Below, in pieces: positions 18,732 through 27,086 of a DNA stretch of 30,463 bases (its first letter is position 1; each line of letters starts with the position of its first letter). The DNA is from an uncultured Myxococcales bacterium (GTDB lineage Bacteria > Myxococcota > UBA4151). The stretch is taken from the NCBI GenBank assembly GCA_964013405.1, contig CAXGWI010000027.1:1-30463 (forward strand), given 5' to 3'. The position numbers were made by a program, and so were the translations under genes. The notes under the pieces were generated by a model. It had not been told where the DNA came from and made no database searches. It saw only the letters and a list, made by a program, of their open reading frames with translations.

Positions 18732-18760
18732 TTGTTACCGTTGCAATTGGGGGCTGTCAA
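18732..18760 (-). promoter_or_regulatory. Candidate sigma70 promoter for the minus-strand gene run starting at 18680
   Basis: Minus strand reads TTGACA, then a 17-nt spacer (GCCCCCAATTGCAACGG), then TAACAA, about 50 nt upstream of the ATG. Confidence 0.5.
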
Positions 18761-18946
18761 AGCAAACCAAGGTCGTTTTGGCGATCATCTCCCGAGGGGC
18801 CAGTCCAAGGGCCGGGCGTGACCTGGCGCACAAGTTGAGTTAGTCTCACCCCCAGTTGAACATTCCAGGGCTTGCGCCCGGTTCCAAACAGGGCTTTCGT
18901 GGTCTCCGATAAGCCATCACGCCCGCTGGGCGAGAGAGTGTCTCCT

Positions 18947-21900
18947 ATGCGCCCCTTCGCTATCTTGACCCTGTTCGCCTTCGGCTCGCTCTTGGCCTGC
19001 TCTGGTGAGGATGAGCCCGGCCCAGAAGACCGGCCCGGGCAATCGCCTGTACCGAAGCCCGCCTGCGAGGGCGATCAGATCAACGACCCGCTGGCCGGGC
19101 GCTGTGTTGCCCCTCTGGGTGCAACATTGCCTTGCCCTGAGGGCAGCTTCCTCGATGCCCACGAGTGGCTTAATGAAGAGGCCCGCGTTCTCTATGTGGA
19201 GTCTGGTGCGACGGGCGGCGATGGTTCCGCGAAGAAGCCACTGGGCAGCATTGCGGAAGCCCTCAGTGGGGGGGATGCCCAGGTTGTATTGATGCTGGCG
19301 AAAGGCAGCCATCCCGCACCAGAACAGATCACAGGCCCAGAACGAACCGTTCGAGTGATCGGTGCATGCCCCGCGGAAACCCTGATCACCGGCGAACTCA
19401 AGGCTTCAGAAGTGACAGGCCTGGGGTTCTCGGCCCTCCAAATCGATGGTGGAATCATGGCCACTGCGGTCAAAACCATCGAATTGCATCAGTTGATCGT
19501 CGCCCACCCGGGCGGCTCAGGCATCCAGGTCACGGGCGACAATCTCGACCGCTTCGATCTATGGCTTAGCGATATCGAAGAGACCGGCGCACACGGCCTA
19601 TCGGCCCAAGGGGCGCTGGGCTGGTGGACAGTTGACGGCGCCAACTTCAAAGGCCCCATCGGCGGTGACGGGATCTCGCTCATCGATTTCGGTGGCAGTC
19701 AATTCCGCTTTCGCAATGGCACGGTGGGGCAGGTTCTAGGCGCAGGGATCAACGGCGAGCGGGCCCTGGGCTGGTGGACGGTCGACGGCGCTAACTTCAC
19801 GGGACCCATCGGTGGTGACGGGATTTCGCTCGTCGACTTCGGTGGCTCGCAGTTCGATGTGGTGGAGACCACCTTTCGCGAGGTGGAGGGCCACGGCATC
19901 CATGGCGACGGAGCCCTCGGTTGGTGGACTGTCGATGGCGCCAACTTCCAAGGCCCGATCGGCTCTGATGGCATCTCTCTTATCGATTTCGGTGGTTCAC
20001 AGTTCACGGTCAGTGGCAGCGAGTTCAGCCAACTGGGCGGTTCAGGCATCATGGCTTTCCAAGGGGGCGGCGAGTGGTCGGTGGCCCGCAATCTGCTCAG
20101 TGGCCCCGTCGCTGGCGATGGTTTCCGCTTCACGGACTTTGCAGCCGGTAGCAGCCTAAGTGTCAGCGAGAATACGATTTTAGGCGTGGCAGGCTCGGGT
20201 ATTCTGGTCGACGGTGGCGACCTGAACGCCACTTTAAGCGGAAATCAGATCAGCGACTCCGGTGCGATGGGTATCGACATCGCCAACACGGCTGCAGGCA
20301 GTTCAATTGCGGTGACGGAAAATCGGATTGAAAACGCCACTGGGGTCGCCATGGGTCTAGAGGCAACGGCGGCTGAGATCATGCTGAGCGGCAACGAGAT
20401 CGTGGGCACCGGCACAGGAGATGTCGGTGGCGATGAGGGGGTCGATGCCCACGGCTTCGGCCTGACCCTGCTCGATGTCGGCAACGTGACAGTGCACCAG
20501 AATCACCTCAGGGAGAACACCACGGCAGGTGTGCTCATCGACTTAGAATTGTGGGGGTATTACGCCGATCGTTCCGACTTGGTCGGCCCAGCCAGTATTG
20601 CCATCACCGAAAACGACTGTGCCGGACACCATGACCCTGAGACGCGGGCAGAAACCAACATCGTGATCCAAAATGTCGATCCGGACCACAGCGTGACTGT
20701 CGATCATGCCCAGGCTGAGCCCCCCACAGAACCATCATTAGGTCCTGACAATAACTACACGATGAAGCGGGGCCGGGATCGCAGAGCGCAAAGCTGTGGC
20801 GATGGAACCGTCCAGCGTTGGGAAGACTGTGACGACGGCAACAATCGGGAAGACGATGGCTGTAATACGAATTGCCGGCTGCCCACATGCGGTGATGGCC
20901 GGGTTGATCCCACGGAAGACTGCGACGACGGAAACAACGATCCAGCGGACGGGTGCTCGAATCAATGTGAGACGGTCTATGTTCAAGACCTCGCCATCGG
21001 CTTTAAGCATTTATGCGGTCTTTGCGCTGAAGGCAGGGTCTGCTGCCAAGGGACGAATCAGCGCGGACAACTTGGCAAGGGAACACGGAATGAACTCGAG
21101 GGGGTTCACCGTGTCGTTGGCGTCCAGCATGCTGTCGAAGTGGCTGCGGGGCGGACTCACACCTGTGCACGCATACGGTCGGGCCGAGTCGCCTGTTGGG
21201 GGGGCAACGACTACGGGCAGTTGGGCTCTGGTAACCAAACAGCTTCAGCCTCGGCGACCTGGGTGCGAACTGACGACGGCAACGTACTCACCGGCGTCCG
21301 TCAGCTCTTTGCCGCGTACAACAATACGTGTGCCATTAAAGTCAATGGCGAGACCTTCTGTTGGGGAGACAACCGAAAGGCCCAGGTTTTAGGCGGGCCT
21401 GGCGCCACAGATTCCGTGCTCAACGCCAGGAGGCTAGATGTGCTCTTAGACGCAGCCGACGTCGCTATTGGCATCAACCACGTCTGTTCTCTCAATTCAG
21501 AAGGGCAGGTCGCTTGCTGGGGCGATACAGATGAGGGTGCACTCGGCGGAACCCCACCATCGCAAGCATGCCCTGGAGAGGCTGAAGGTTATGAGTATTG
21601 TGTTAGCACACCATTGCATGTCTCCTTTCCCGAAAACTATACCGCCAGCGCGCTCGCAAGCGGCGACGGGTTCTCCTGTGCCGTCGCTGGTCCGGCCAAC
21701 AAGGTCTTTTGCTGGGGCTCAAAATATCAAGATGGAAGACTTGGTCACGCCGACCCGGACCAAGCGTTATCACCAACCGCTGTGGTTTATGGCGATGGCT
21801 ACCTCGTTGACGTTGCCAAACTGGCCCTAGGCCCAAGTCACGGCTGCGCCCTGAAAATAGACGGGACGGCTTTCTGCTGGGGCAACGGAGAAGACGGAAG

Positions 21901-22138
21901 AATCGCCACCGATGGCAACCATCGACAGCCCTGGCGACCTAACCCACTGCTTCGGTCGTCTCAGGGGCCGGGCTCCGAGGGGCCGCTGGAAGGCATTACA
22001 TCCCTGCAGCTGGGCTATTATTCGGGTTGTGCTCGCTCAAACATCGAGCCGGCAGGCACCTACTGCTTCGGCAAGATCTACGATGGCGAAGATTTCACGA
22101 TCTACGAACGGGCCGAATCGTTGATGGGGGGCGACTGA
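18947..22138 (+). CDS. Modular lipoprotein: right-handed beta-helix with 50-aa repeats, 2 DUF4215 repeats and an RCC1-like beta-propeller
   Basis: ATG 18947 gives MRPFAILTLFAFGSLLA-C. N-terminal GDGSAKKPLGSIAEAL motif common at the start of beta-helix proteins; G-I-x-x...N-x-I repeats; CGDG...CDDGN twice; repeated AGxxHTCA...GxVxCWGxNxxGQLG units. Confidence 0.85.
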   Translation: MRPFAILTLFAFGSLLACSGEDEPGPEDRPGQSPVPKPACEGDQINDPLAGRCVAPLGATLPCPEGSFLDAHEWLNEEARVLYVESGATGGDGSAKKPLGSIAEALSGGDAQVVLMLAKGSHPAPEQITGPERTVRVIGACPAETLITGELKASEVTGLGFSALQIDGGIMATAVKTIELHQLIVAHPGGSGIQVTGDNLDRFDLWLSDIEETGAHGLSAQGALGWWTVDGANFKGPIGGDGISLIDFGGSQFRFRNGTVGQVLGAGINGERALGWWTVDGANFTGPIGGDGISLVDFGGSQFDVVETTFREVEGHGIHGDGALGWWTVDGANFQGPIGSDGISLIDFGGSQFTVSGSEFSQLGGSGIMAFQGGGEWSVARNLLSGPVAGDGFRFTDFAAGSSLSVSENTILGVAGSGILVDGGDLNATLSGNQISDSGAMGIDIANTAAGSSIAVTENRIENATGVAMGLEATAAEIMLSGNEIVGTGTGDVGGDEGVDAHGFGLTLLDVGNVTVHQNHLRENTTAGVLIDLELWGYYADRSDLVGPASIAITENDCAGHHDPETRAETNIVIQNVDPDHSVTVDHAQAEPPTEPSLGPDNNYTMKRGRDRRAQSCGDGTVQRWEDCDDGNNREDDGCNTNCRLPTCGDGRVDPTEDCDDGNNDPADGCSNQCETVYVQDLAIGFKHLCGLCAEGRVCCQGTNQRGQLGKGTRNELEGVHRVVGVQHAVEVAAGRTHTCARIRSGRVACWGGNDYGQLGSGNQTASASATWVRTDDGNVLTGVRQLFAAYNNTCAIKVNGETFCWGDNRKAQVLGGPGATDSVLNARRLDVLLDAADVAIGINHVCSLNSEGQVACWGDTDEGALGGTPPSQACPGEAEGYEYCVSTPLHVSFPENYTASALASGDGFSCAVAGPANKVFCWGSKYQDGRLGHADPDQALSPTAVVYGDGYLVDVAKLALGPSHGCALKIDGTAFCWGNGEDGRIATDGNHRQPWRPNPLLRSSQGPGSEGPLEGITSLQLGYYSGCARSNIEPAGTYCFGKIYDGEDFTIYERAESLMGGD
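19610..20155 (+). repeat. Coding direct repeats with 150-nt period (three conserved copies, one degenerate)
   Basis: xALGWWTVDGANFxGPIGxDGISLxDFGGSQF begins at 19610, 19760 and 19910; a degenerate fourth copy begins near 20060. Confidence 0.92.
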
Positions 22139-22602
22139 CGTATCTCGCGCCGCCATAAGACAAGAGCATAGATCACGGTGACGATGAGCAAAAACACCTG
22201 AATCGGCTTGAGCCCCAGGGGGCCGCTCGCCGGACTGTCCCCCCGGAAGAACTCGCTCAGGCAACGAAACGAGGCATAGCCGAGCAGGTAGAGGCGAAAC
22301 AGGCTCCCCCGCACGCGCAGTCGGTCTCGCATACGAAACAGGACGAAGAACAACACCGCATCGAAACCGATTTCGTAGAGGGGAGAGGGGTGCACAGACA
22401 AGCTGTGGCTCGCAGCGTCCCCGAGCAATCCCTGGTGATGATGGAGTATGTGGGCCGGTGAGCCTGCCGGGGTCGGTCGTCGGATTTCTGAAGCAGTAAG
22501 ACGACCACCACACTCAGCCCCAAGGGGGCCTCCAAGCCAAACCAAGCCCACGGCGAACGCCCCTTGCGCTCCGCAGGCGAGCAGAAGGAGCTATGGGGTC
22601 AC
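22102..22602 (-). pseudogene. Prolipoprotein diacylglyceryl transferase (Lgt)-like pseudogene
   Basis: C-terminal Lgt-type motifs PAGSPA, VHPSPLYE and GSLFRLYLLGYASFRCLSEFFRGD. An in-frame GTG at 22602 overlaps the upstream stop and is followed by TAG at codon 4 (22591-22593). The frame is only about 166 codons and lacks the central GRxGxF region. Confidence 0.75.
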
Positions 22603-23183
22603 TTTTTCGGTGGAACGACCGGCACCCACCCCTGGTCCGTTGAGAGCGTTACGTCTCCTGATCCTAAGTGGCCAGCGACGAAGCCGACCCCCGCGCCAAC
22701 GATGGCATAGCCACCCACCAGCAAGGGGCCAAGAGTCACCACCTGTGGCAGGTCCCGGGGCAGATCCAAATCGCCCTGGAGCACCAGGATGGCTAAAACG
22801 CCACCACCGACGATGGCACCACCGACAGCGCCCCAGGTCGTCGCTCGCCGACCCACGACCCAGCGGCGAACATTCGGTCCCGTAAAAGTCACAGCAGTGA
22901 GTTCGTTCATCGGTGCAGCGACCGGCCCTTCAGGCCCCTGGAGGATCACTTGGTCGCCGGCCCGCCGAATAAAGGGAGCGCTCACATCGCCAACAGTCAC
23001 CTCTCGCACGTCCCGACTCGAACGAACAACAGCAACCCGCTGTTCGAGAACCTCACCCTTCACCAATAAGAATTCCGCTCTGTTGATCTCCTTTGGTGGC
23101 ATACCATCGTAGACCATCGGCGGTCGGGGGCCGACCACCTGGCAAGCGCACAACAAGAGAAGCCCGAGGACACCGAATCTCAT
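22599..23183 (-). CDS. Hypothetical lipoprotein with C-terminal Gly-rich hydrophobic hairpin
   Basis: MRFGVLGLLLLCA-C lipobox; segments WGAVGGAIVGGGVLAIL and LVGGYAIVGAGVGFVAG; ATGA overlap with the upstream gene. Confidence 0.75.
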   Translation of the reverse strand: MRFGVLGLLLLCACQVVGPRPPMVYDGMPPKEINRAEFLLVKGEVLEQRVAVVRSSRDVREVTVGDVSAPFIRRAGDQVILQGPEGPVAAPMNELTAVTFTGPNVRRWVVGRRATTWGAVGGAIVGGGVLAILVLQGDLDLPRDLPQVVTLGPLLVGGYAIVGAGVGFVAGHLGSGDVTLSTDQGWVPVVPPKK

Positions 23184-23878
23184 GGCTGCACAACCTCGAT
23201 TTGGAAGTGCTCCCGGTCAATGAGGTAAATCGGCTCCACCGGGCGTCCTTCGAAAAATGCTGCGGATGCCAAGGTGCCCAAGGCCGCTCCAGTGGGCACA
23301 GTCACCGGCGAGGTAAGCAGGGCAACAAAGCCGCCGAAATCATCAGAGGTGGCCAAGGAACCCGCGATGCCGGCGACGACCAAGGCACCACCGATCCATC
23401 CAGCCCGAGTGCGCCGAACATTTCGGCTCAGGGACCCACCCGGTGAAACCCCGACAATCCCAGACATCGGTATTTGATGTGAACCGCTGTTGGTGGCCAA
23501 CTTGACGAACTGACCACCGGGATCAACGTGGGCCAACCGGCCCGAACCGCGATGAAGAATCCATTGGCCCGACGGGTTCGGCAGCATCCAGCCGAGGGCG
23601 AGTTGATCACCGACCACGAGTTCGACGGACTCCTCACCGGAATGAAGCCGTAGGCCCAGCGCGCTGCCCTGAGCGACCGCTGTATCGGCGGAGAACAGGG
23701 GGGGCGGGGTGGTCACGCAGCCGGTTAAGAGCATGGGCCCAAACGGGCCAGCCCCCGTCGGCGATATGCTTGTCGCGTAGGCGAGGGTAAAACAGATCGC
23801 CGCGGCAAAGAGGCGGCGGCGCTGCCGGCGGCTGGAGTTCATGGCGTCAATCTGCCGCCGTCGGCCCCGCCTGGTCAA
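23180..23878 (-). CDS. Hypothetical membrane protein or lipoprotein with C-terminal Gly-rich hydrophobic hairpin
   Basis: Arg-rich N-terminus, hydrophobic segment and possible lipobox LTG-C; segments GWIGGALVVAGIAG and VPTGAALGTLASAAF. Start uncertain (TTG 23878 overlapping the upstream TGA, or ATG 23842). Confidence 0.7.
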   Translation of the reverse strand: MTRRGRRRQIDAMNSSRRQRRRLFAAAICFTLAYATSISPTGAGPFGPMLLTGCVTTPPPLFSADTAVAQGSALGLRLHSGEESVELVVGDQLALGWMLPNPSGQWILHRGSGRLAHVDPGGQFVKLATNSGSHQIPMSGIVGVSPGGSLSRNVRRTRAGWIGGALVVAGIAGSLATSDDFGGFVALLTSPVTVPTGAALGTLASAAFFEGRPVEPIYLIDREHFQIEVVQP

Positions 23879-24045
23879 GCGTCCACCTGAAGGGAACTGC
23901 CTGGCAGGCTCTGAGGCGCTGGGGGATGGACGACCGCCCCCACGAGCTCGGCCCGCAGTGGCTCAAGGACCTCGGCCTCAAGACCGTCCCGAAAAAAGAG
24001 ATTGTAGGTGTCGAAGGGAATCAAACGACCATCTTCCGGATGCAG
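23875..24045 (-). pseudogene. C-terminal remnant resembling a COG1964/MJ0619(Tes)-like radical SAM protein
   Basis: Frame reads LHPEDGRLIPFDTYNLFFRDGLEAEVLEPLR..., matching the H..PDGRIIPF[CD]xYN C-terminal motif I recall for this family. No CxxxCxxC-containing part is present upstream. Confidence 0.6.
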
Positions 24046-24049
24046 TGAC

Positions 24050-24673
24050 TCAGTGGACGAAGTCATTTGCTGCCTCACCAAACGAGTTGAGACTCGCCAA
24101 ATACGCGATCACGCGCTCGATGCGAGCCGTTGGACTGAGTTCTTCAAGGAGCTGCTGTCGGTCCATGACGTCGGGGATCAATTGCCCCGAGATCAGGTCC
24201 GCCAACTCCACCGGGTTGTCGAGACCCTTGGTGAGTTCGGCGATGCCCTCTTTCAGGGCTTCGGAGTCGCCAGAAAGGCCCTCGAGAAAGTCGAAAAGGA
24301 GGAGCCCTACCTCCTCAGGAACGGTCTCGCTGCGATCCGGCAACTCGGCGACCTCGGCCTCCCGGTAGGGCTTCTCCGGTGGCAACTCGCGCTCGAGGCG
24401 AACACGCTTCGTACCGAAGACCAGGATCTGGTAGCGACCATCTTCCATACGCTCTTCCATGAGCACCTGACCCATCCCCATCACCGGGAAAATCGCCGGC
24501 CTGCCGTGGTAATCATCCTCATAGCCCGGCTGTAACAGGGGGATGGCCAGCTTCCGATCGCCTGCAAGGCAATCTTCGATCAGCTTCCGATAGCGGGGTT
24601 CAAAGACGTGCAGCGGGACGATATTGCCGGGAAACAGCACGACGTTTGGCAGGGGAAAAAGCGGTAAACGCAC
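24050..24673 (-). CDS. Stand-alone Lon peptidase substrate-binding (N-terminal) domain protein
   Basis: LPLFPLPNVVLFPG...PLHVFEPRY, DGRYQILVFG and RQQLLEE motifs; no AAA+ or protease domain. Confidence 0.92.
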   Translation of the reverse strand: MRLPLFPLPNVVLFPGNIVPLHVFEPRYRKLIEDCLAGDRKLAIPLLQPGYEDDYHGRPAIFPVMGMGQVLMEERMEDGRYQILVFGTKRVRLERELPPEKPYREAEVAELPDRSETVPEEVGLLLFDFLEGLSGDSEALKEGIAELTKGLDNPVELADLISGQLIPDVMDRQQLLEELSPTARIERVIAYLASLNSFGEAANDFVH

Positions 24674-24777
24674 GAACGGTAGATCTCCGGAGCGACTCGC
24701 ATTAAGGTTTCATAGCGCAGCGGGCAAGAGCAAGCCTTCGCCCGCGCTGCTTGCCACCATGCTCGGGGATCCATCTT

Positions 24778-27003
24778 ATGCGCTACACCGTGCTCCTCCT
24801 GTTACCCCTCGCTGGCTGCCCCCAGGAGGAACCAACTCCGGGCTCCGATGCGGGGTCAATCCCAGTGGACGCAGGCAGCGAAGAGGATGCCGGCCCCGCG
24901 GAGCTCGCCTGTAATGATGGCAAGGGTGCATTGCCCGACGGGCTGATCACCCAAAGCTGGTTTGCCGACGAGAATTGGCGAGACATCTTCGACATCAACT
25001 GGGTGTATCAGAATCAACGCACCGTGGAGTTACCCCAATGGGAGGCCGCCCAGTTTGAGTTGGACCGGAAGGCCCGGGTGCACGGTTACAGTGTTCGCTT
25101 CCGCCGCATCGCTCGCCGCCATCAAAACGAAGATCCGTTAACCGTCAGCTTGCTCCCCGATTTCGGCTATGACGGCGCCAACTTTGGCAGCCATGAACCG
25201 TTGGCGAGCGTGAGTCGCTGTGTCAAAGACGCCGATGAGGCTGGTGTCCTCGATCAGTGGCTCACCTATAAGTTAGAGACCCCGATCGATGTGGACGGCC
25301 CCGGTTTGGTCTGGGTGGGCTACTTTAAGGAAGATGCCCAATCCCCCGTGCTGGCGCTGGCCAGCAGTCCTGATCCAGAACGAAACTGCGAGGGCCCCTA
25401 CCAGGGCTGCCACTCGGCCTGGGGCTTTCCCACCCTCGAAGACTGGTGGTTCAACGGCCTCTCGATTCCCATTCAAGTGGACTACGCAGTCCAGTTGCAC
25501 TTCGAGTACATCGAGCCGGAGCGCAGCGCCGAGGAGATGGTGTTTCGACGGGACGGCGACCAACCCAACTTCGGTGGGCGTGTCGCCATCGCAGACTACA
25601 ACGGCGACGGCTGGGCTGATGTCTTTGCCGGCGGGAAACTGTGGCAAAATGTCGAGGGCCGGTTCGTCGACGCCACCGAAGGCTCTGGCCTTCTTGCCAC
25701 CGGGAATGAGGCCTATCCCGGCGCAGGGGCGGGAGGTTCGGGCATCTGGGGTGATACCGACAATGACGGCTGTCTCGACCTGCTCACCTACGGCACCTAC
25801 GAACGGCTCTTTCTCGGCGATTGCCAGGGTCACTTTCGCGATGTCACCGACGAGACCGGTATCGATGACCTCCAAGACGCCATCGACTGCAACGATGATC
25901 CGGACGACCTCGAACATGCACCGGCCCAAGCGGCTGCTTGGATCGACATCAACAACGACGCACAACTGGATTTCTACCTGGCGAATAGCGAGTGCTGGCG
26001 GGGCGACCGAGGCGACTTTTATGCGGACCAGTTCTACCTGAAGCGGGAGGGGAATCGCTTTCGAGACATCATGGGAAGAAATGGCTGGGCTGCCTACCAG
26101 GATTACACTCGAGGGGCCAACCCCATCGACGTGGATCACGACGGTGATGTCGACTTGCTCGTGAACAACTACCGCCTCAAACCCAATCGCCTCTGGATTA
26201 ACGATGGGCGAGGGCGTGTCTCCGAGATGGGCGCTCCCATGGGCCTTGCGGGCAATCAGATCAACGGCGCCTACGGACACACCATCGGCGCCGCTTGGGG
26301 CGACCTGAATCACGATGGCTGGTGGGATGTGATCCTCACCAACCTCTCTCACCCCCGCTTTTATCATTTCTCCGACGTGTCCTTCTCCATGCTCGGCACC
26401 GAGGCCGGCCCCTGGGAAGCTGTCGAGCCCAGTGGCTTTCGCTTCCAAGAGACCCACTCCGTTCCGGCCCTGGCCGATTACGACAGCGATGGAGACTTAG
26501 ACCTGGTCATTTCGGCCACCTATCCTGGTCGCCCCACCGACTTTTACTGGGGTCAAGGCGACGGTAGCTTCGTCGGCGACCACGGCGGCAGTGGCCTCGA
26601 TATTCGCGGGGGTTGGGGCGTGGGCGCCTCCGACTTTGATCACGATGGCGATCTCGACCTTATCTACAACGGTTATTGGACGAACCAGCACCCACAGGGA
26701 CAATCCCTGCACTTCAGCGTCCTGGGCGATGGGGTGACGGTGAACAGCTATGCTTTGGGTTCGACGCTAAGGGTCCAAGTGGGCCAACGCCACTACCTGC
26801 GCTATGTCGATGGGGGCAGCAGCCAGGGTGGGCAAAACCTAGGCCCCATCCATGTGGGCATCGGCGACGAAGCGCAGGCCGAGCAGGTCACTGTCAGCTA
26901 TCCCGGTGGCGCGGAGCGCAGCTTTGCTGGCCCCTTCGTCCCGGGCACCCACTACTGGCTCCTGTTCGACGGTCGAATCGTTGAGGGTTGGCCCAAACCT
27001 TAG
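24778..27003 (+). CDS. CRTAC1-family lipoprotein (FG-GAP/VCBS repeats plus ASPIC/UnbV-like C-terminus) with an extra N-terminal domain
   Basis: ATG 24778 gives MRYTVLLLLPLAG-C. Repeated DxxxDGxxD loops (DYNGDGWAD, DTDNDGCLD, DVDHDGDVD, DLNHDGWWD, DYDSDGDLD, DFDHDGDLD); C-terminal NSYALGS...GGSSQGGQN..PIHVGIG. Confidence 0.88.
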   Translation: MRYTVLLLLPLAGCPQEEPTPGSDAGSIPVDAGSEEDAGPAELACNDGKGALPDGLITQSWFADENWRDIFDINWVYQNQRTVELPQWEAAQFELDRKARVHGYSVRFRRIARRHQNEDPLTVSLLPDFGYDGANFGSHEPLASVSRCVKDADEAGVLDQWLTYKLETPIDVDGPGLVWVGYFKEDAQSPVLALASSPDPERNCEGPYQGCHSAWGFPTLEDWWFNGLSIPIQVDYAVQLHFEYIEPERSAEEMVFRRDGDQPNFGGRVAIADYNGDGWADVFAGGKLWQNVEGRFVDATEGSGLLATGNEAYPGAGAGGSGIWGDTDNDGCLDLLTYGTYERLFLGDCQGHFRDVTDETGIDDLQDAIDCNDDPDDLEHAPAQAAAWIDINNDAQLDFYLANSECWRGDRGDFYADQFYLKREGNRFRDIMGRNGWAAYQDYTRGANPIDVDHDGDVDLLVNNYRLKPNRLWINDGRGRVSEMGAPMGLAGNQINGAYGHTIGAAWGDLNHDGWWDVILTNLSHPRFYHFSDVSFSMLGTEAGPWEAVEPSGFRFQETHSVPALADYDSDGDLDLVISATYPGRPTDFYWGQGDGSFVGDHGGSGLDIRGGWGVGASDFDHDGDLDLIYNGYWTNQHPQGQSLHFSVLGDGVTVNSYALGSTLRVQVGQRHYLRYVDGGSSQGGQNLGPIHVGIGDEAQAEQVTVSYPGGAERSFAGPFVPGTHYWLLFDGRIVEGWPKP

Positions 27004-27086
27004 GGCCTGTCCCCCTTTTGACGGAGGAACCCAACCGAAGTGCACCCGATAAAGCTCCCGGGTAGAATCCCCCCTGGAGGCAAACC

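Noticed and set aside
18823..18838. Sigma54-like element TGGCGCACAAGTTGA upstream of the 18947 gene
   Set aside because: It reads GG-N10-GA rather than GG-N10-GC, which is too weak without evidence for an activator.
19610..20155. 150-nt periodic repeats as a CRISPR array or DGR template/variable repeat
   Set aside because: The repeats are in-frame coding sequence with mostly synonymous differences, not adenine-specific ones. There are no identical repeats with unique spacers and no cas or reverse transcriptase gene in the window.
22591..22593. In-frame TAG as programmed readthrough or pyrrolysine
   Set aside because: TAG is used as a normal stop elsewhere in the window, no pyl genes are visible, and the gene also lacks its central region, so pseudogenisation is the simpler explanation.
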